From an uncultured Chloroflexia bacterium (GTDB lineage Bacteria; Chloroflexota; Limnocylindria; Limnocylindrales; CSP1-4): 64,000 bases of DNA. The stretch is taken from assembly GCA_963808895.1 (NCBI GenBank), contig CAWEHL010000001.1:515560-579559 (forward strand), given 5' to 3'. The position numbers were made by a program, and so were the translations under genes. The notes beneath the pieces were generated by a model, which was given only the letters and a program-made list of their open reading frames with translations, did not search any database and had not been told where the DNA came from. Shown piece after piece: positions 55,836 to 64,000 of the stretch (position 1 is the first letter of the stretch; every line of letters starts with the position of its first letter).

Positions 55836-57062
55836 TCATCCCGAGATCACACCCAGCTCGCGGCCGACCGTCGAGAACGCCTCGAGCGCTCGGTCCAACT
55901 GCTCGTCTGTATGGGCGGCCGTCACGATCGTGCGGATCCGCGCCTGGTCGAGCGCGACGGTCGGGTACACCACCGGCTGGGCGAACACGCCCTCGCCCAT
56001 CAGCTGGTCGCTGAAGCGCATCGCCGTCTCAGGGTCGCCCATCATCACCGGCGTGATCGGTGTCTCCGATCGGCCGGTGTCGAAGCCGAGACGTCCGAGC
56101 TCCGCCTTGAACCGACGTGTGTTCGCCCACAGCCGCTCGAGCAGCTCGGGCTCCTCCTGCATCACCTTGATGGCCTCGCGGCAGGCCGCGACGACCGCCG
56201 GCGGATGGGAGGTCGAGAACAGGAACGGGCGCGCCCGCTGGGTGAGGATCTCGCGCAGCGACACGCTCCCCGCGACGTAGCCGCCCAGCGCGCCGACCGC
56301 CTTGCTCAACGTCCCGACCTGGATGGCGACGCGGCCATGCAGGCCGAAATGATCGACGCTGCCGCGACCGTCCCGCCCGAGCACGCCCGACGCGTGTGCG
56401 TCATCGACGAATACGGCCGCGCCGGCCGCCTCCGCCGCCTCGACGATCCCGGGCAGTGGCGCGATGTCGCCGTCCATCGAGAAGACGCCGTCGGTGACGA
56501 CGAGGATCGACCGATACGGTTCGCCACTCCCCTCGCGGCCGTTCTCGACCGCTTCCGCGAGGACGCCCTTCAGCGCTTCGACGTCAGCGTGCGCGTAGAC
56601 CTTCCGCGGAGCCTTCGAGAGCCGCATCCCGTCGATGATCGACGCGTGGTTGAGGCTGTCGCTGACGATGAGGTCGGTCTCGCCGGTGATGGTCGGGATG
56701 ACACCGGTGTTGGCGGTGAACCCCGACTGGAACGTCAATACGGCGGGGGTGCCCTTGAACTCGGCGAGCTCGGCCTCGAGGGCCTCGTGCATCGACATCG
56801 TCCCGGCGATCGTCCGGACCGCCCCTGACCCGACGCCGAAGTCACGGACGGCCGCGAGGGCGGCGTCGCGCAGCCTCGGGTGGTGGGTCAGGCCGAGGTA
56901 GTCGTTCGAGGACAGGCTGATCAGGCGCTTGTCGTCGACCGAGACGATCGGGCCCTGCGCAGAGGACATGACCCGGAGCGCTCGATAGAGGTGGCGTTCC
57001 TTGAGCGCGGCCACCTCGTCGTCGAGGTAGGCGAGTGGGTCCTTGCGTGGCGTGGTCGTCAT
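55836..57062 (-). CDS. kbl: Glycine C-acetyltransferase (2-amino-3-ketobutyrate CoA ligase)
   Basis: SSNDYLGL, GSGAVRTIAGT, SDSLNHASIIDG, TLSKAVG. Adjacent to tdh. Confidence 0.88.
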   Translation of the reverse strand: MTTTPRKDPLAYLDDEVAALKERHLYRALRVMSSAQGPIVSVDDKRLISLSSNDYLGLTHHPRLRDAALAAVRDFGVGSGAVRTIAGTMSMHEALEAELAEFKGTPAVLTFQSGFTANTGVIPTITGETDLIVSDSLNHASIIDGMRLSKAPRKVYAHADVEALKGVLAEAVENGREGSGEPYRSILVVTDGVFSMDGDIAPLPGIVEAAEAAGAAVFVDDAHASGVLGRDGRGSVDHFGLHGRVAIQVGTLSKAVGALGGYVAGSVSLREILTQRARPFLFSTSHPPAVVAACREAIKVMQEEPELLERLWANTRRFKAELGRLGFDTGRSETPITPVMMGDPETAMRFSDQLMGEGVFAQPVVYPTVALDQARIRTIVTAAHTDEQLDRALEAFSTVGRELGVISG

Positions 57063-57107
57063 CTCGTCGTTCGTCCCGGGGTGGAGGGAGGCCGCATCGT
57101 CGTCATG

Positions 57108-58136
57108 TCAGCTGGTCCAGTCCATCACCACTTTGCCGGAGGACCCGGTACGTGCGGCCGTGAAGGCTGCCTCATGGTCGCGATAGTCGAAGCGGTGCGT
57201 GATGACGGGGCTGATGTCGAGCCCCGACTTGAGCATCACCGACATCTTGTACCAGGTCTCATACATCTCACGACCGTAGATGCCGTGAAGGCGTAACTGG
57301 TCGAAGACGACGTGGCCGACATCGATGGCGATCTCCTCGGTCGGGATGCCCAGGATGGCCATGCCGGCGCCATGCGCCATATTCGCGAGCGCGTCGCGCA
57401 GCGCGCCGGCGTTGCCGGACATCTCGAAGACCACGTCGAAGCCCTCGACCATCCCGAGCTCGCGTTGCGCATCCTTGGGGCTGCGTTCGCGCGGGTCGAC
57501 GACGAGCGTCGCACCCATGGTCATCGCGAGACCGCGCCGGACGTCGTTCGGTTCGCTGACGACGATGAACCTCGCGCCGGCGTGCCTCGCGACGGCGATC
57601 GCCATCAGGCCGATCGGCCCGGCACCCACGACGAGGACGTCCTCGCCGAGCACGGGGAACTCGAGCGCCGTGTGGACCGCGTTGCCGAACGGGTCGAAGA
57701 TCGCGGCGACCTCCTCGGGGATACCCGGCCAGTGATGCCACACGTTCGTGACCGGCAGGACGACCTGCTCGGCGAACGCGCCATCGCGCTGGACGCCGAG
57801 ACCGACCGTGTTCGCGCAGAGATGCCAGCGCCCGGCCCGACAATGACGGCAACGCCCGCATACGACGTGGCCCTCGCCGCTGACGAGGTCGCCGGGCGCG
57901 AGATCGCCGACGTTGCTGCCGACCTCGAGCACCTCCCCGACGAACTCGTGTCCGACGATGAGCGGCGGATGGATGGTCTTCTGTGCCCACGGATCCCAGT
58001 CGGCGATGTGCAGGTCGGTCCCGCAGATGCCCGTCTTGTGCACGCGGATACGGACGTCGTTGATCGACATCTCCGGTTCCGGGACATCCCGAAGTTCCAG
58101 GCCGGGGCCGGCCGTCGACTTGACGAGCGCCTGCAT
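57108..58136 (-). CDS. tdh: L-threonine 3-dehydrogenase
   Basis: MQALVKS..., [47 protein letters not shown]. The ATG is residue 90 of the track ORF. Confidence 0.9.
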   Translation of the reverse strand: MQALVKSTAGPGLELRDVPEPEMSINDVRIRVHKTGICGTDLHIADWDPWAQKTIHPPLIVGHEFVGEVLEVGSNVGDLAPGDLVSGEGHVVCGRCRHCRAGRWHLCANTVGLGVQRDGAFAEQVVLPVTNVWHHWPGIPEEVAAIFDPFGNAVHTALEFPVLGEDVLVVGAGPIGLMAIAVARHAGARFIVVSEPNDVRRGLAMTMGATLVVDPRERSPKDAQRELGMVEGFDVVFEMSGNAGALRDALANMAHGAGMAILGIPTEEIAIDVGHVVFDQLRLHGIYGREMYETWYKMSVMLKSGLDISPVITHRFDYRDHEAAFTAARTGSSGKVVMDWTS

Positions 58137-58203
58137 CACCCGAGCGTACAGCGACGGTCCGGTGGCGGGCGGTGCGGTGGGAGGTAGTGGTGCGCCCTCG
58201 CCC

Positions 58204-59031
58204 CTAGTTCGCGTCCGACCAGTCGACGACCGGGTTCTCGACCGAGCCGATGCCCTCGACCTCGCACCGGACGCGATCACCCGGTTCCAGGAAGATCGGC
58301 GGGTCGCGGAAGACACCGACACCTGACGGGGTGCCGGTCGCGATGAGGTCACCCGCCTCAAGCGTGATCGCCGAGGAGATGAACGCGATGAGGGCAGGCA
58401 CATCCCAGATCATGTCCGCGGTCGAGCCGTCCTGCATCAGGTGGGCTTCGCCGTCCGGGGTGATCCGCCAGCTGCGGAGCCGCAGACCGGCGCCCGGGTC
58501 GATCTCATCGGCGGTCACGAAGAACGGCCCGATCGGCAGGAACGTGTCGCTGCCCTTGGCGCGCAGCCACTGACCGTCGCCCGTCTCGCCCTCGCGGAGG
58601 GCGGCCGGTACGCCCTGCCAGTCACGTGCGCTCACGTCGTTCACCACGACATAGCCGGCGACATGCTCGAGCGCCTCGGCCGCCGTCACACGGCGGGCCT
58701 GCTTCGAGATCACCACGCCGAGCTCGACCTCGAGGTCGAGCGCATCCGTGCCTTCGGGTCGGACGATGGATTCGCCATCGGCGATCACGGCGTTCGCGAA
58801 CTTTGAGAAGAGCAGCGGGCGATCCGGTCCCGGCCGCCCTCCCTCCGTGACGTGGTCCGCGTAGTTCAGTCCGACACAGACGATCTTCCCGGGTCTCGCG
58901 ATCGCCGGGGCCGGCGTCAGCTCCGCGGGATCCCTCGAGACACCATCCACGATGACGTGGCCGTCGTGATCGATGGCACCCTGGACGACCTCCTCGCCCA
59001 GCGGGCCGGATCGATAGGCAAATAGCCGCAT
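58204..59031 (-). CDS. Fumarylacetoacetate hydrolase (FAH) family protein
   Basis: [35 protein letters not shown]. Confidence 0.85.
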   Translation of the reverse strand: MRLFAYRSGPLGEEVVQGAIDHDGHVIVDGVSRDPAELTPAPAIARPGKIVCVGLNYADHVTEGGRPGPDRPLLFSKFANAVIADGESIVRPEGTDALDLEVELGVVISKQARRVTAAEALEHVAGYVVVNDVSARDWQGVPAALREGETGDGQWLRAKGSDTFLPIGPFFVTADEIDPGAGLRLRSWRITPDGEAHLMQDGSTADMIWDVPALIAFISSAITLEAGDLIATGTPSGVGVFRDPPIFLEPGDRVRCEVEGIGSVENPVVDWSDAN

Positions 59032-59045
59032 CCTGTCCGGCCCGA

Positions 59046-59954
59046 TCAGCTCGGCGAGGCAGAAGCGGCCGGCGACTCGCTCGGCGCGGCCGTCGGGCTG
59101 GCGCTATCGGACGGGATCGGGCTCGCGGCTTCCGACCCGGATGCGCTGGGGACGACCGACGGACTCGCCGACGCGTTGCACAGCTTCTCCGGGTTCGTCC
59201 GCTCGCCGTAGCGGGCGTAGAAGTCGAGCACCGCCGCCTGGTCGAGCGTCTGCATCGGCAGGACGCGGTCCCAGACGAGTGCGGCATACGGCCACGCCAT
59301 GTCGTCGAACCGGACCACGACAGGGCCGGGCGAGTTGCCGCCAGGCTGGAATCCGCAGACCGGGCTCACCGGCACGGCGTCGTACAGCGCGCGCAGGGCC
59401 GTCTGATCCGCATCGGTCCCCTTGTACAGGATCACGAGCCCACCGTGTTCGAGGTTGTGGACCCAGCCCTCGGGGATCACCGTGTCGTTCGGGCCATACG
59501 GGCGGGCGGGGATCGGTCCCTGACCTGAGGCGAAGTAGTGGCGGCCCGACGCAGGCGGGCAGTACGTGTACTTCACGACCGTGCCGACGGCGACGTGGGT
59601 GTTGCCCATGTCGGGCTGGACGTAGCCAGGCTGCGGTGACGCATCAGCGGCCGGGCTGGCGGTCGGATCCGGGGTCCAGATGTTGGAGCAGGCGAACGCC
59701 GGCTGGGTCGCCGATGCGAACACGCCCGCTCCGACCACGGCGACGACGGCGACGACGGCCGCCCCGAGCAGCCAGCGGCGGTAACGCTGAAGGAACGACT
59801 GGCGGACGGCCGGACGCGATCGCTCGCGGCGGCCTGCGCGTTGGCGTTCCGGTCGGGCTGCTCGATCGTCGACGTTCGCTTCCCGATGCCACGGGATGGA
59901 CGGTCGATGCCGCCGCCGATGCGCCGGTCGACCCGGCTGTGGGTCGTCGATCAT
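59046..59954 (-). CDS. DUF3105 domain membrane-anchored protein with Ser/Pro-rich tail
   Basis: TM LLGAAVVAVVAVVGAGVF, GWVHNLEHGGLVILY. A basic N-terminus (SKESRRRQRTAGQ, TTG 60021) lies one frame step upstream, so the true start may be 60021 with one extra base. Confidence 0.7.
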   Translation of the reverse strand: MIDDPQPGRPAHRRRHRPSIPWHREANVDDRAARPERQRAGRRERSRPAVRQSFLQRYRRWLLGAAVVAVVAVVGAGVFASATQPAFACSNIWTPDPTASPAADASPQPGYVQPDMGNTHVAVGTVVKYTYCPPASGRHYFASGQGPIPARPYGPNDTVIPEGWVHNLEHGGLVILYKGTDADQTALRALYDAVPVSPVCGFQPGGNSPGPVVVRFDDMAWPYAALVWDRVLPMQTLDQAAVLDFYARYGERTNPEKLCNASASPSVVPSASGSEAASPIPSDSASPTAAPSESPAASASPS

Positions 59955-60149
59955 TCGCGCCGGGAGCGCTCCCCGACGCCTGGCCGGCCGTGCGCTGACG
60001 CCGGCGGGATTCCTTGCTCAATGGGTGTCGCCTCTATGCGGTCGATGGGTCGCCGGGTGTGATGGGCCCCCGGCGGCGACGTGGGCCGCGTGCCCGCAGA
60101 GGGTACCCGGCCCGGTCGCTTCACGTGTCGCGCGCCCTGATGCCGGTGT

Positions 60150-60584
60150 TCACGCCTCGGACAGGTACGTACGGACCTCCGGCCGGAGGAGCCCGCGGAA
60201 CAGCAGCAGGCCGAAGGCCGCGAGGAAGAACGGTGTCGCCGGATGCACCGGGCTGATGGCCAGGAGCAACACGCCGGGGATGACGAGGCTCGCCAACACG
60301 AGCGCGAGCCCGAAGCCTGCCTGCTTGCGCTGGATCACGAGCGTCATCGTGAAGATCGTGTACGCGAGCAGGATCATGACGACGACGCCGATCGGGCTGA
60401 TCGGCATGGTCGCTGCCTGGTCGACGACGGTCCGCATGCTCAGGGCGATCCCGACGAGGATCAGCGCTCCGTAGGCGAGGAACAGCCGGATCCCCAACGG
60501 CATCCGGGGGCGGCTGCCGTCGGTCGGGCGCGCCGTGCTGGGCGGCTCGTCGGGTGCGGTCACATGTTCGAGCTGCTCGGTCAC
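60150..60584 (-). CDS. Small membrane protein (3-4 TM), unknown function
   Basis: C-terminal part of track ORF 60150..61067. LFLAYGALILVGIAL, VVVMILLAYTIFTMTLVI, LALVLASLVIPGVLLLAI. The start is uncertain. Confidence 0.5.
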   Translation of the reverse strand: MTEQLEHVTAPDEPPSTARPTDGSRPRMPLGIRLFLAYGALILVGIALSMRTVVDQAATMPISPIGVVVMILLAYTIFTMTLVIQRKQAGFGLALVLASLVIPGVLLLAISPVHPATPFFLAAFGLLLFRGLLRPEVRTYLSEA

Positions 60585-60673
60585 GGCCGGTCGATGGTAC
60601 GACCGATCGGCGGAGCGTTCACTGCGGCCGCATCTGTCGTTGACGGTGACCGAGTGCCACCCATAGAGTCGCG

Positions 60674-60699
60674 TAAACCGGTTTGCTAAACCGGTTTGC
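60674..60699. promoter_or_regulatory. Two tandem copies of TAAACCGGTTTGC (palindromic core AAACCGGTTT): LacI-family operator candidates
   Basis: They lie directly after a TAGAGT -10-like hexamer (60664..60669) and overlap the start region of the LacI-type gene. Confidence 0.6.
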
Positions 60700-61810
60700 C
60701 CGCGATGGGCAGCGCCGTCCCGAGGCCGCGTGACGCACACGGGAGTCGAACGCCGGTGGAGCCGAGGACCCAGCGACCGCGCATCGCCGATGTCGCGCGC
60801 GAGGCCGGCGTCAGCAAGACGGCCGTGTCCTTCGCGTTCAACGCCCCTGACCGGCTCGCGCCCGAGACCACGGAGCGGATCCGCGGGGTCGCGCAGCGCT
60901 TGGGCTACACGCCGCATCCGGTGGCTCGGATGCTCACCCAGCGACGGACGGGCACCATCGGCGTGTTGACGCCGCAGGCCCTCAGCGTCGTCTTCGGGAA
61001 CCCGTTCTTCGGCGCTTTCAGTGCCGGGGTCGCGCGCGTCGCCGAGGAGCACGGCTACGGGCTCCATTTCATCTCACCGTTCCAGGGCAGCCTCGTCGGG
61101 GCGATGACCAGGGCGACGGTCGACGGCGTGGTGGCGGTCGGTCTGAGCGAGGATCACCCCGAGATCGAGGACATCCGCCGAGCCGGACTTCCGCTCGTGC
61201 TCGTCGACTCGCAGGCGCTCCCGGAGCACGGATCGGTCGAAGTCGACGATGTGGGCGGTGCCCGCGAGGCGGCCACCTATCTCGCGCAGCTGGGCCATCG
61301 CGAGGTGCTCGTGCTCGGCGTCGAGCCACCCTCGCCCGGCGGGGCGGATCCGGACGGCGTCACCGCCCGGCGACTGCACGGCTATCGCGAAGGGTTCGGC
61401 GCCGTAGGGCGTCGATCTAGCGGCAAGCACGATGATCGCCGGCCCCGCGACGATCGACGGCGGCGCGGCGGCGATCCGCGAAGCGTGGGAGGACGGGGCG
61501 GCGGCCGACCGCGATCCTGGCCATGTCCGACGCCATCGCCATCGGCGCGATGCAGGCGCTGCGGCAGCTCGGTCTCCACGTTCCCGATGACGTGAGCGTC
61601 GTGGGTTTCGACGACATCGATCTCGCGTCGCACGTCGATCCGCCGCTCACGACCGTGCATCAGCCGATCGACCGCAAGGGCGAGGAGGCAGTCCGTGCGC
61701 TCCTCGCTGTCATCGAAGGAGCAGGGGCGGTACGCGTCGAGCATCGCCGGCTCGACACGCGGTTGGTCGTCCGCGGATCCACGGGACCGGCCCCGCACCG
61801 AGGTCGCCGC

Positions 61811-61814
<4 letters not shown>
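60696..61814 (+). pseudogene. LacI-family transcriptional regulator; about 3 frame disruptions (+1) as assembled
   Basis: HTH RIADVAREAGVSKTAVSFAFN, VDGVVAVG, then [20 protein letters not shown], then [35 protein letters not shown] in successive frames. Confidence 0.75.
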
Positions 61815-63374
<1,560 letters not shown>

Positions 63375-63382
<8 letters not shown>

Positions 63383-63992
63383 TCTCCCCTTCGAACTGGG
63401 GACCGGGCTCGACGAACAACTGGCCCGGGTCCTCGATGTCGAGGGCAAGATCCCGCGGGCGATCGAGGCGCTGGGTCCGGTGGAGGGGCGAGACGTCGTC
63501 GTCGTCGATGCATCCGCCGGACTGCGCGCTCGGCAACTGGAATCATCTCGGCGCCCGCGTCACCGTCGTCGACTCGAGCGGACCGACGCCGTTCGCCGCG
63601 CCCGATGCGTCGGCGGACGTCGTCGTCGGCCTCTGGTCGGCGTTCCGCGGCGCCGTCGCCGACGAGATCGCGCAGGCGTCGCGGGTCCTCCGCCCGGGCG
63701 GACGGCTGCTCGCGGTCCACGACTACGGCCGCGACGACGTCGCCGAGCTGCGTGGACCGCAGCCCGAGTACGGGCCGTGGACGCGCCGGGACGGACCGTT
63801 CCTGGGTGATGGCTTCAAGATCCGCGTCCTTCACTGCTGGTGGACGTTCGCATCGATCGGACGAGGCCCGGACGTTCCTCGAGGCGGCGTTCGGTGATGC
63901 CGGCCGGGCGGTCGCGGAGCGGCTGACCCGGCCGCGGCTGTCCTACAACGTCGCGGTCTACCATCGGACCCTCGGACGAGGAGCCCGCATGA
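63375..63992 (+). pseudogene. SAM-dependent methyltransferase-like protein; at least 2 frame disruptions
   Basis: GRDVVVVDASAG, ADVVVGLWSAF, VLRPGGRLLAVHDYGRDD and RLSYNVAVYHR in successive frames. ATGA overlap with a further gene starting at 63989. Confidence 0.45.
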
Positions 63993-64000
63993 CCGACCGC

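Overview
High-GC (about 65-75% in most hand-counted lines) bacterial chromosomal segment. TCGAAC-N4-GTTCGG SOS boxes, TAGACT-type -10 hexamers and frequent GTGA/ATGA start-stop overlaps suggest Actinomycetota-like DNA (inference). About 65 genes; I found no rRNA, tRNA, CRISPR array, transposase or integrase. Blocks in order: (1) 1-14.7 kb, an envelope-glycan locus with a WecE/WecD-like dTDP-amino-sugar branch, two polyprenyl-phosphate sugar synthase-type GT2s and four GT-C/DUF2029-like membrane proteins. (2) 14.7-19.7 kb, a minus-strand string: HD-GYP phosphodiesterase, a DUF5317::MFS fusion, an acidic/TM/Pro-Thr protein, pcm and a PIG-L deacetylase. It is preceded by an AT-richer leader with promoter, hairpins, an intrinsic terminator and two mini-ORFs. 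(3) 20.1-23.5 kb, a 1144-aa MalT-like STAND ATPase ending in a SARP (wHTH+BTAD) module, partly in a lower-GC patch. (4) Housekeeping and SOS genes: dnaB, lexA, rplI, a disrupted dinB and an unknown 89-aa gene behind a lexA-like promoter with two SOS boxes. (5) A THF-dependent histidine to one-carbon pathway in two blocks (cyclodeaminase-folD-fhs; hutH-hutU-formimidoyltransferase-hutI). (6) Tandem J-domain paralogs, argS, and two paralogous secreted proteins with Pro-Thr linkers and a shared unusual C-terminal anchor-like signal. (7) ECF sigma/anti-sigma, tdh-kbl, and a LacI regulator with an alpha-amylase-family gene. Caveat: many genes (dense at 40.5-44.8, 53.4-55.6 and 61.4-64 kb) are broken by single-base frame shifts, almost all of +1 type with conserved protein sequence in every frame. 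This looks more like an indel artefact than gene decay. All function calls come from motifs read by eye; no searches were run.
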